Source of the DNA: Horticoccus luteus | GTDB lineage: Bacteria; Verrucomicrobiota; Verrucomicrobiia; Opitutales; Opitutaceae | Assembly: GCF_019464535.1 (NCBI RefSeq) | Contig: NZ_CP080507.1 | Location: forward strand, 2,400,001 to 2,432,000 | Direction of reading: 5' to 3' | DNA length: 32,000 nt | In this document: one piece after another, positions 24,477 through 32,000 of the stretch | Position numbering within the stretch: the first letter of the stretch is position 1 | Layout: the number at the start of each line of letters is the position of its first letter | The notes under the pieces: model-generated | The model's database searches: none | What the model saw: only the letters and a program-made list of their open reading frames with translations | What the model was told of the DNA's origin: nothing | Made by a program: the position numbers and the translations under genes

Positions 24477-25834
24477 GGTTTTAAAATGAAGAGAAATACC
24501 TGACGCCCCCGGCGCACCTCGACAAGCGTCGGCTCCGGGTGCGCTGCAAACGCTGCGTGTTGCGTCTTCATCACTTCAAGGTCGGTGATCACCTGCTGAT
24601 TCACCTTCGCGATGATATCGCCGCGCTGAATGCCCGCCACGTCAGCCGGAAATCCCGGCTGCACGCCGATGACCAGCACGCCGTTATCGTCGGCGAGTTG
24701 ATTTTCCCGCGCGAACGTCCGGGAAACCTTGCGCACGCTCACTCCCCAGCGCTCAAACGCCCATTCCTCGCCCACGCGGCTTTCCAGTTTTTCAGTGGCG
24801 ATGGGATAATCGCGCGTCTCGGCCCCGCGCTTGATCCTGAGCGTCACTTTCGCTCCTAAAGGTTCGCTCGCGATCAAGTCTTGGATGGCCGGGAGTTGCT
24901 CCGGAAACCGCCCATCCACGGGGCGGCCGTTGATCGCCAGCAAAATGTCGCCTCCGCGCAGGCCCGCGCGCGCCGCTGGCGACCCCACATCGACACTGTT
25001 GACGAGCACGCCGGTGTTGAGCTGCAACGCGTAAAATCCCTCAAGGTCCCGCAGGGGTGCCGGCACGAGGCCGATGTAGCTCCGCGTGATCGCGCCATCG
25101 CGCAGCAGCGCCGCCAGCACCCGCTTCGCCGTGCTCGCGGGTATCGCGAACGCCAGATTATCCGCCCCGAGGTAGCCGCGCGAATTGATGCCGATCACGC
25201 GCCCGTCCTCCGTCACGAGCGGTCCGCCCGAGTTGCCCGGATTGATCGCCGCGTCCGTTTGCAACCACGTGTTAAACGCGCCCGTCTCGTAGCCGCGCAC
25301 GCCGCGGTTGTCCTGCAAATAGCGGTTGTTGTTGGAAATGATGCCGCGGGTCACGGTGCGCGCCAAACCATGCGGCGTGCCGACGGCGTAAACCGTCTCC
25401 CCCGGCACCAGCTTGTCGCTGTCGCCAAACTCGGCGCGCGAAAACGAAAGATGGCGGCGCTTCACGTCCGCCATGTCCAACCGCAGCACGGCGAGATCCG
25501 TCCAGTGGTCCCAGCCCACCAGCCGCGCGTTGACCCGCTCAAGGTTGGCCAGCGTGACGTTCACCTCGACGGCGCGGGGACTGACGACGTGGGCGTTGGT
25601 AAGGATCACCCCATCATCGGTCAAAATCACGCCGGAGCCGATGCTCGCAGAGAAGCGTTTTCCTCCCGCCTCGAACGCAATCTCCCGCACCTCGACGTTG
25701 ACGACTGCATCGAGCAAACGCGTAAAACCACGACTCGGCGCCGCCGCCCGCGCGCACGAAAGCATCGCCCCGAGGCCGAAGACGAGGGCGAAGATTGACC
25801 GGGAAATTGAAAAGTTCACAGTGGGCGGTTTCAC
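24473..25834 (-). CDS. HtrA/DegP-family serine protease with two PDZ domains
   Basis: ORF 24473..26701, trimmed. Candidate starts are GTG 25834 ([30 protein letters not shown]) or GTG 25819, and both give a signal peptide. The ATG at 25764 would not. The catalytic triad is intact ([23 protein letters not shown]). The two PDZ domains are [32 protein letters not shown] and [28 protein letters not shown]. Confidence 0.88.
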   Translation of the reverse strand: MKPPTVNFSISRSIFALVFGLGAMLSCARAAAPSRGFTRLLDAVVNVEVREIAFEAGGKRFSASIGSGVILTDDGVILTNAHVVSPRAVEVNVTLANLERVNARLVGWDHWTDLAVLRLDMADVKRRHLSFSRAEFGDSDKLVPGETVYAVGTPHGLARTVTRGIISNNNRYLQDNRGVRGYETGAFNTWLQTDAAINPGNSGGPLVTEDGRVIGINSRGYLGADNLAFAIPASTAKRVLAALLRDGAITRSYIGLVPAPLRDLEGFYALQLNTGVLVNSVDVGSPAARAGLRGGDILLAINGRPVDGRFPEQLPAIQDLIASEPLGAKVTLRIKRGAETRDYPIATEKLESRVGEEWAFERWGVSVRKVSRTFARENQLADDNGVLVIGVQPGFPADVAGIQRGDIIAKVNQQVITDLEVMKTQHAAFAAHPEPTLVEVRRGRQVFLFILKP

Positions 25835-25837
25835 ACG

Positions 25838-28408
25838 ATGGCAACCAATTGCACAGACTACGACTTTCGGCAGATCGAACCGCACTGGCAAACCTTCTGG
25901 GAGCAAAACCAGTCGTTTCGCGCGGAGAACAACTCCCCGAAGCCCAAGTATTACGTGCTGGATATGTTTCCTTACCCGTCGGGCGCAGGGCTGCACATCG
26001 GCCACCCCGAGGGCTATACGGCGACCGACATCATCGCGCGTTACAAGCGGGCCAAGGGTTTCAACGTGCTGCACCCGATCGGTTGGGATGCCTTCGGTCT
26101 GCCGGCCGAGCAACACGCAGTCAAAACCGGCACGCACCCCGCCTCCAACACGCAGAACAACATCAAGAATTTCCGCCGCCAGATCAAGGCCCTCGGCTTC
26201 AGCTACGATTGGTCGCGGGAAATCGATACGACCGATCCCAAATATTTTCGGTGGACGCAGTGGATATTCCTGCAGCTCTTCCAACGCGGTCTCGCCTACG
26301 TGGATGAACGGCCGGTCTGGTGGTGTCCCGAATTGCGCACCGTCCTGGCCAACGAAGAAGTCGTCGACGGCAAGAGTGAAGTCGGCGGCTTCCCCGTGGA
26401 GCGCCGCAACCTCCGGCAATGGGTGCTGCGTATCACCGCCTACGCTGAACGCCTCCTCGCCGATCTCAAGGACGTGGATTGGCCTGAATCCACGAAACGC
26501 ATGCAGGAAGCGTGGATCGGTCGCAGCGAAGGCGCCGAGATCTTGTTCGACCTCGAGGACAAAACGCTCGGCCAGCTGAAAATCTTCACCACGCGACCCG
26601 ACACGCTTTTCGGTTGCACTTACATGGTGCTCGCTCCCGAGCATCCGCTCGTCGCCGCTCTTACTGCGCCCGAGCAACGCGCCGCCGTCGACGCCTACCA
26701 AAAACGCGCTTCCGCCAAGAGCGATCTCGAGCGGACCGACCTCGCGAAGGACAAGTCAGGCGTCTTTAGCGGCAGTTACGCCATCAATCCCGTCAACGGC
26801 GCGCGCGTGCCCATCTGGATCGCCGATTACGTGCTCATGGGTTACGGCACCGGCGCCATCATGGCGGTGCCCGCGCATGACGAACGCGATTTCGAATTTG
26901 CGACGCAGTTCTCTCTTCCCGTCATCCCGGTGATCGCGAGTGCCGGCGAGGAGACGAATCTTCCCTACGTGGGAGACGGCACTCTGATCAATTCCGGCGC
27001 CTACAACGGCTTGCCTTGGTCGGAGGCGAAGCAGCGCATCACGGCCGCCCTCGCGAAGGAAGATCGCGCCGCCGCCACAGTGAACTACAAGCTCCGCGAC
27101 TGGCTTTTCTCGCGGCAGCGCTACTGGGGCGAGCCCTTCCCCATCGTTTGGGTAAGCGAAGCCGATTACCACCGCGCCGCCTCCGCGCGAGCCGGTGATC
27201 TGCCGCCGACGCCCGTCACTTTCTCAAGTGAAGGCGTCACGCACTATGCGCTGCCCCTGCCTGCGACGGCCCTGCCGCTCGCGTTGCCGGAAGTGGAATC
27301 CTACCTACCGAGCGGCACCGGCGAGAGCCCCTTGGCCAACGTCACACCTTGGCTCGAGATCTGGCTGGACTACACCTCGGGCGCCGCCGTGCCGGCGTCT
27401 GAACCAAAACCGGCAGGCGCAACCTGGATCCGCGCGCGGCGCGAAACCAACACGATGCCGCAATGGGCCGGCTCGTGCTGGTATTACCTGCGTTTTCTCG
27501 ACCCGGACAATGACCAGGCGCTCGCCTCGCCCGCTGCGCTGGCGTATTGGGGTGTGCCCGATCTCTACGTCGGCGGCGCTGAACACGCCGTGTTGCACCT
27601 GCTGTATGCCCGCTTCTGGCACAAGGTGTTGTTTGACCTCGGCGTGGTGCCCCAAAGCGAACCGTTTACCAAACTGTTTCACCAAGGCATCATCCTCGGC
27701 GAGGACGGCGAAAAAATGTCGAAAAGCCGCGGCAACGTGGTCAGTCCCGACACCATCATCGCCTCGCACGGGACCGACTCGCTGCGCCTCTACTTGATGT
27801 TCCTTGGTCCGCTGGAAGCGATGAAGCCGTGGAACGCGCGCGGCATCGAAGGCGTGCACCGCTTTTTGCAGAAGATCTGGCGCGAATGCATCGCCGAGAA
27901 CGGCGCGTTGAACCCCAAAATCACTTCCGCCGCCGAAGAGGCGCCTGAACTGCAAAAACTATTGCACGAGACGATCAAGAAGGTCGGCGAAGACATCGAA
28001 GCCCTGCGTTTCAATACAGCCATCTCGCAATTGATGATTTTCGTGAACGCGGTGCACAAAGCTCCGCAGATTCGGCCCGAAACCATGGCCGCGTTGCTCC
28101 AACTGCTCGCTCCGCTCGCCCCTCACCTCGCCGAAGAACTCTGGGCCCGCCTCGGCCACATGGGCTCCGTCATGGCCGCCCCTTGGCCGGCTTTCGATCC
28201 CGCCAAACTGGTGACCAGCGAGGTAAAGCTTGTTTTCCAAGTGAATGGCAAATTCCGTGGAGACCAACTCGTGCCGGTGGACATTTCGGAAGCGGAGGCT
28301 CTCGCCGCCGCGCACGCTCATCCCAAAGTCGCCCCCTTTCTCACCGGCAAAACGGTGCGCCGAATCGTTTTCGTCCCTCGAAAGATTTTAAATATCGTAG
28401 TTGATTAG
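25838..28408 (+). CDS. leuS: Leucyl-tRNA synthetase
   Basis: 856 aa with the HIGH motif ([10 protein letters not shown]), the KMSKS motif (EKMSKSRGN) and class Ia LeuS blocks throughout ([27 protein letters not shown]). Confidence 0.97.
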   Translation: MATNCTDYDFRQIEPHWQTFWEQNQSFRAENNSPKPKYYVLDMFPYPSGAGLHIGHPEGYTATDIIARYKRAKGFNVLHPIGWDAFGLPAEQHAVKTGTHPASNTQNNIKNFRRQIKALGFSYDWSREIDTTDPKYFRWTQWIFLQLFQRGLAYVDERPVWWCPELRTVLANEEVVDGKSEVGGFPVERRNLRQWVLRITAYAERLLADLKDVDWPESTKRMQEAWIGRSEGAEILFDLEDKTLGQLKIFTTRPDTLFGCTYMVLAPEHPLVAALTAPEQRAAVDAYQKRASAKSDLERTDLAKDKSGVFSGSYAINPVNGARVPIWIADYVLMGYGTGAIMAVPAHDERDFEFATQFSLPVIPVIASAGEETNLPYVGDGTLINSGAYNGLPWSEAKQRITAALAKEDRAAATVNYKLRDWLFSRQRYWGEPFPIVWVSEADYHRAASARAGDLPPTPVTFSSEGVTHYALPLPATALPLALPEVESYLPSGTGESPLANVTPWLEIWLDYTSGAAVPASEPKPAGATWIRARRETNTMPQWAGSCWYYLRFLDPDNDQALASPAALAYWGVPDLYVGGAEHAVLHLLYARFWHKVLFDLGVVPQSEPFTKLFHQGIILGEDGEKMSKSRGNVVSPDTIIASHGTDSLRLYLMFLGPLEAMKPWNARGIEGVHRFLQKIWRECIAENGALNPKITSAAEEAPELQKLLHETIKKVGEDIEALRFNTAISQLMIFVNAVHKAPQIRPETMAALLQLLAPLAPHLAEELWARLGHMGSVMAAPWPAFDPAKLVTSEVKLVFQVNGKFRGDQLVPVDISEAEALAAAHAHPKVAPFLTGKTVRRIVFVPRKILNIVVD

Positions 28409-28425
28409 CCGCCCGCATTCGTTGA

Positions 28426-28441
28426 TAGGGTATTAACCCTA
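28426..28441. promoter_or_regulatory. Inverted repeat TAGGGT-ATTA-ACCCTA just upstream of the polysaccharide-locus first gene
   Basis: 6-bp arms with a 4-nt spacer inside an unusually AT-rich 40-nt intergenic gap, 7 nt before the ATG at 28448. It could be an operator or a small leuS 3' hairpin. Confidence 0.25.
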
Positions 28442-28447
28442 ACTGCA

Positions 28448-29338
28448 ATGAATGCGCGTCCGACACATTTCCGCCTCTTTTCCGCTCTGCTCGGGGCCGT
28501 GTTTGTCCTCGCGGCTGCGCATGCGCCGACTTCCTCGTTCGCGGCTCAAAAGAAGCGGAATCCCGTCAGCAAAATTTACGTGGCTGATCAGGTGGGAGAG
28601 GCCGAAATCGACGACGGTGACAAAATTTCCGATCTAGAGGATAAGTCAGTCCACGACGCGAGTGGCGCCAAATTAAAGACGAAGGATGCTTCCAACTCCT
28701 CCATCGTCTACTCCAACGGCGCGGGTGTTTACATGGACACCGACACCAAGATGGACGTTAAGTCGTTCGTGCAAGAACCGTTTAAACCGAATCGGAGCGA
28801 CTTGGAGGTGGAACCTTCGATTTCGAAAACCGAGGCCCTCATCGCGCAAGGCACAGTGGGCATCTGCACGAGCCGCCTTGTAGCGGGCAGTCGCATGGTC
28901 TATCGCACGCCCTTGGCGTCGGTGAACATTCGCGCGCGGCGCGTCGTCATTCAGTCGAACGACAAAGAAACCAAGATTTCGGTGGTCGAAGGCGACGTCA
29001 CCGTCAGTGCCGGCAAGAACGACGCCGGCGGCCAGATTTTGCGGGCGGGACAGCAAGCGATCATTACTCCTGGCGACGGGCCCAATTCCTTTGTGATTCA
29101 ACCGATTCCGCACGCTGAACGGACAACCGTGGAAGACAAAGTCGTGAAGGCCTGCATGGCGCGGCGCACGGTTTATTTCGAGGTGGCGAGTCGCAAAGGC
29201 AAGGATGCGCAGGCGACCTTGGGCTCGGTCTTCCAAAGCCAGACTGAGTCCAGCCCTCCGGAGATTGTGCCGGTGCCCGTCATCACGCCGCCTCCGCCGA
29301 CCGAAAAGCCCATCAGCCCCGCCCGGCTGAGCAGCTAA
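28448..29338 (+). CDS. Secreted FecR-domain-like protein with Pro-rich C-terminal tail
   Basis: Signal peptide (LFSALLGAVFVLAAAHA). The central beta-rich region has a FecR-like pattern (...GTVGICTSRLVAGSRMVYRTPLASVNIRARRVVIQSNDKETKISVVEGDVTVSAG...ILRAGQQAII). The tail is PVPVITPPPPTEKPISP. Confidence 0.55.
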   Translation: MNARPTHFRLFSALLGAVFVLAAAHAPTSSFAAQKKRNPVSKIYVADQVGEAEIDDGDKISDLEDKSVHDASGAKLKTKDASNSSIVYSNGAGVYMDTDTKMDVKSFVQEPFKPNRSDLEVEPSISKTEALIAQGTVGICTSRLVAGSRMVYRTPLASVNIRARRVVIQSNDKETKISVVEGDVTVSAGKNDAGGQILRAGQQAIITPGDGPNSFVIQPIPHAERTTVEDKVVKACMARRTVYFEVASRKGKDAQATLGSVFQSQTESSPPEIVPVPVITPPPPTEKPISPARLSS

Positions 29339-29353
29339 CTCGTTTCTCTTTCC

Positions 29354-30511
29354 GTGTCGTTTCGGCGTTCGCTTCTTTCCTTGCGACGACTCGGTCGTCC
29401 CAGCCTCGCGGCGCTGCTGGCCCTCGTCCTGTTGGCGTCGCCAGCGCACGCGCTCGTGCGTTTCAACGACGGTCGCGACCAAATATTCGTGGGGGCCAGT
29501 TACTCCTGGGCCTACGATACCAATATCTTCGCCAGTTCCGAAGGAGGCTCCACGAGTGTATCCAGCGCTAATCTGCACATTGATTACGCGCGTCGCGCCG
29601 GCATCCTCGGCTTCAATGCCAGCCTCAGCTACGACATCTCGCGGTTTGACAAATTTTCGGGGCAGAACTTCGCCAACCCATCGGTTTCCATGGAGTTGAC
29701 GAAGGGCGAAGGACGCACGACCGGATCGCTCACCCTTTCCGGAGCTCGCAGCAGCCGCGCCGACCCGTCGACCAACACGCGTTTAAATACGCTCAACTAT
29801 ACGACCGGCCTCTTTCTAAAATATCCTGTCATCGACCGCTACTCGTTCTCCGGCAGCTTTACTTACAGCCAAGCCAAAGAGGTCGACACGCAAGGATTGG
29901 CCAATCTCAACACCTATTCTGCCGCGATCGACCTCAACTACGTTTATACGTCCGAACGCGATCTCATGGGCGGCTATCGACTGCGCGTGACCGACACCTC
30001 GTTCAACACCAAGTCCTACGACAACTCGTGGTCCGCGGGCGTCACCGGCAAACTCTTGCCCAAACTCAACGGGTCCTTCCGCGCCGGCTATCAAGTTCGC
30101 ACGACCCCCGGAGTGCCTGACTCCGACACCCACGGCCTCTTCCTCACGGGTTCAAGCTCATGGAACTTCGATGCCAAGACGAGTCTCACCGGACAGGTGA
30201 CAAAGGATTTTTCGACGACGGCCACCGCGGTAAACATCGACTCCTTCGTCACCTCGCTGGATCTGCAACACACCTTCAACGCCCGACTATCCGCCGGACT
30301 CAACCTCGGCTACGGCCACACCCGCTTTCTGGGATCCTTGGGCGGAGGACGGCGCGACGATTACCTCACGTGGGGCGGAAATTTAAACTACACGATGCGC
30401 GACTATCTCAAGTTTTCGGTCACCTATACGTGGTTTGAAAACTGGTCCACCTTGAGCTTTTCCGATTTTATCCGGCAATCCGTGACCTTTACCGTTAGCA
30501 CCCGTTTCTGA
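29354..30511 (+). CDS. Outer-membrane beta-barrel protein (polysaccharide-locus porin type)
   Basis: GTG start and signal peptide (AALLALVLLASPAHA). Alternating hydrophobic/polar beta-strand pattern throughout, rich in Tyr, Ser, Thr, Asn and Gly. The terminal aromatic signature is VTFTVSTRF. Confidence 0.7.
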   Translation: MSFRRSLLSLRRLGRPSLAALLALVLLASPAHALVRFNDGRDQIFVGASYSWAYDTNIFASSEGGSTSVSSANLHIDYARRAGILGFNASLSYDISRFDKFSGQNFANPSVSMELTKGEGRTTGSLTLSGARSSRADPSTNTRLNTLNYTTGLFLKYPVIDRYSFSGSFTYSQAKEVDTQGLANLNTYSAAIDLNYVYTSERDLMGGYRLRVTDTSFNTKSYDNSWSAGVTGKLLPKLNGSFRAGYQVRTTPGVPDSDTHGLFLTGSSSWNFDAKTSLTGQVTKDFSTTATAVNIDSFVTSLDLQHTFNARLSAGLNLGYGHTRFLGSLGGGRRDDYLTWGGNLNYTMRDYLKFSVTYTWFENWSTLSFSDFIRQSVTFTVSTRF

Positions 30512-30516
30512 TCTCG

Positions 30517-31158
30517 ATGCGCTTTATCTTCTCTCGCTCCTTGGTCGCATTCCTCGCCGTCTTACTCTCGAGCTTCGTGCTGCGTTCGGTCGCCACCGCC
30601 CAGCCGACCGAGACGAAGAATTACGACTACAAACTCACGCCCACCGATCGCGTTCGGATCGCGATCTTTCAGGAGGAAGATCTTTCCACCATCGCGCGCA
30701 TCGATGCGAAGGGCTGTGTGAATCTACCCTTGGTCGGCGAAGTCCGTCTCGCCGGCATGACCCGCACCGACGCGCAGCTCGCGATCGAGAAAGCATATCA
30801 CGACGGGCGTTTTTTGCGCACCCCGCAGGTGACGATCACGGTCGAGGATTACGCCCCTCGTGAGGTCTCCATTTCCGGCGCGGTGAACTCCCCCGGTCGT
30901 TATCCGCTCCCGATCGAATCATCGATGAGTGTATTGGAACTCATCACCCGAGCTGGCGGATTCCGCGACACGGCCAAAGGCACGGCGGTCCGGGTCACAC
31001 GTATCTCTCCTGGCGATAATAACACCGACCAGAAATCCCAAACCTTCATCATCGACGTCGAAAGCCTCATCAAAGGCAAAGACCGTTCCAAACTGAAGGA
31101 AAACGCCCTCATGCTCGAGGCGGGCGACGTTGTCTACGTTCCTGAACGCATCATTTAA
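30517..31158 (+). CDS. Short outer-membrane polysaccharide export (OPX, Wza-like) protein: Poly_export + one SLBB domain
   Basis: Signal peptide. Poly_export block is YKLTPTDRVRIAIFQEEDLS...IDAKGCVNLPLVGEVRLAGMTRTDAQLAIEKAY. SLBB block is VSISGAVNSPGRYPL...SVLELITRAGGF, ending GDVVYVPERII. At 213 aa it lacks the C-terminal amphipathic helix of E. coli Wza. Confidence 0.88.
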   Translation: MRFIFSRSLVAFLAVLLSSFVLRSVATAQPTETKNYDYKLTPTDRVRIAIFQEEDLSTIARIDAKGCVNLPLVGEVRLAGMTRTDAQLAIEKAYHDGRFLRTPQVTITVEDYAPREVSISGAVNSPGRYPLPIESSMSVLELITRAGGFRDTAKGTAVRVTRISPGDNNTDQKSQTFIIDVESLIKGKDRSKLKENALMLEAGDVVYVPERII

Positions 31159-31162
31159 TTCG

Positions 31163-32000
31163 ATGTCCGAGTCCCCCGTCAAACCACCGTCAGGCGTGCA
31201 ACACGCTGCCGAAGAGGAAGCGATCGAGCGCCGCACGCTGCGTGATTACATCATCACGCTCCGCGAACGTTTGTGGATCGCCCTCCCCCTCGCGCTGATC
31301 GTTTCGCTCACGATGGCGTATCAACAAATGAAGCAGACGCCGATGTATTCCAGCTCGGCGACGCTGCAATTCGAACGCCCGGAAAAAGTCGTGCTCAATG
31401 AGCAGGTGGTCGACGAATCCGTGCGCAGCGACGTCGATCTTAATACCAATATTCAGGTCCTCAACAGCGGCCAGTTGCGGTCCCGCGTCATCGAGTCAAT
31501 CACCCCCGAGGAAGCGAAGGTCCTGCAAGCACCTTATCTGGCGTCCCTCAAACCTGGCGAATCGCCTCCCTCTGTCGGCGCGGCGCTCGGCTCGATCAGC
31601 GTCGAGCCCCTGCGCAACAGTCTCCTGCTGCGAATCAGCGTCAGCCACCGCAGCCCCACGGCCGCCGCGTTGATTGCCAACCGCTATGTCGACGAATTCA
31701 TGCAGTATCTCGTGGATTCGAAAGGCGGCAAAAACGACTTTGCCGTCAGCTACCTGCGCACGCGCGCCGAGCAGCTGCGGCACGAGTCCGAAACCGCTGA
31801 ACAGCGGCTGCAGCAATACATGCAGCAGCAGAATCTCGTCTCGCTCGACAACAGTATCAACATCGTCACCGACCGCCTCAAAAGCGTGAACGGCGCCCTG
31901 ACCTCTGCGCGCCTCGAGCGTCTGCAACTCGAAACGCTCTACAACCAGATCACCAGCTTCCAAAAGGACGGCAAGAACCTCCTCGATATCACTTATATCG
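31163..32000 (+). CDS. Polysaccharide co-polymerase (Wzz/GumC/PCP-2-type chain-length determinant), 3' end beyond the window
   Basis: Absent from the ORF track because it runs off the right edge. My hand translation from the ATG at 31163 is open to position 32000. It begins MSESPVKPPSGVQHAAEEEAIERRTLRDYIITLRERLWIALPLALIVSLTMAYQQMKQTPMYSSSATLQFERPEKV. It continues ...NTNIQVLNSGQLRSRVIESI...SLLLRISVSHRSPTAAALIANRYVDEFMQY... and then coiled-coil sequence. This is a TM1 plus Wzz motif pattern. Confidence 0.85.
   Translation, partial: MSESPVKPPSGVQHAAEEEAIERRTLRDYIITLRERLWIALPLALIVSLTMAYQQMKQTPMYSSSATLQFERPEKVVLNEQVVDESVRSDVDLNTNIQVLNSGQLRSRVIESITPEEAKVLQAPYLASLKPGESPPSVGAALGSISVEPLRNSLLLRISVSHRSPTAAALIANRYVDEFMQYLVDSKGGKNDFAVSYLRTRAEQLRHESETAEQRLQQYMQQQNLVSLDNSINIVTDRLKSVNGALTSARLERLQLETLYNQITSFQKDGKNLLDITYI

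Noticed and set aside
23172-26579. Plus-strand ORFs 23172-24386 (404 aa), 24881-25798 (305 aa) and 25413-26579 (388 aa)
   Set aside because: The first two are antisense to the two HtrA-like genes. The third is an off-frame shadow that overlaps the real leuS frame. All three are Arg/His/Pro/Ser-rich with no motifs.
25835-26701. N-terminal 290-codon extension of the HtrA-like ORF (ORF track 24473-26701), and similar 5' extensions at 381-590, 1412-1504, 2529-2843, 12088-12156, 14515-14610 and 16650-16901
   Set aside because: These are stop-free read-through regions upstream of the biologically sensible starts. They overlap neighbouring real genes or intergenic DNA and translate to Arg/Pro/Gly-rich sequence. 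The trimmed starts align with known family N-termini or signal peptides.
28673-29578. 301-aa minus-strand ORF (also 27305-27955 and 27959-28321 minus)
   Set aside because: They are antisense to the FecR-like, barrel and leuS genes and have Arg/Gly/His-rich composition.

Overview
High-GC bacterial chromosomal window with about 30 protein genes, one tRNA-Ser(GCU), and no rRNA, CRISPR array, transposase or integrase. The gene content suggests a Verrucomicrobiota/Opitutales-like genome, but this is inference only. The supporting genes are a 1734-aa PEP-CTERM-anchored protein with autotransporter-associated beta-strand repeats, opgG/opgH, and a short OPX plus PCP polysaccharide-export module.

Layout, left to right:
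- 1-4251: a partial DUF4252-like gene, a CvfB/YitL S1-domain protein, three small conserved DUF genes (DUF6172-like, VF530/DUF2132, DUF1810), an erythrin-VIT1 (MbfA-type) iron exporter, a Lys-rich mini-protein and tRNA-Ser.
- 4478-10527: an orphan OmpR-type response regulator followed by the giant PEP-CTERM protein.
- 10660-13322 (minus strand): the metK-ahcY pair.
- 13454-17261: a five-gene, translationally coupled block (REC-histidine kinase, CheY-like REC, 61-aa ORF, PilB/GspE-type ATPase, Hpt).
- 25834 down to 17286 (minus strand): an 8.5-kb gene train (HtrA-like protease, catalytically dead HtrA paralog, ribE, family-4 UDG, opgG, unknown membrane-anchored ORF, opgH).
- 25838-28408: leuS.
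- 28448-32000: the start of an exopolysaccharide export locus (FecR-like secreted protein, outer-membrane beta-barrel, short OPX, Wzz/PCP truncated by the window end).

The best candidate for an undescribed system is the sensor-less phosphorelay fused in one operon to an orphan secretion/pilus-type ATPase. Secondary candidates are the active/dead HtrA pair, the unknown ORF inserted between opgG and opgH, and the beta-barrel plus short-OPX export module. All functional calls come from motif recognition in the translated ORFs. No database search was run.
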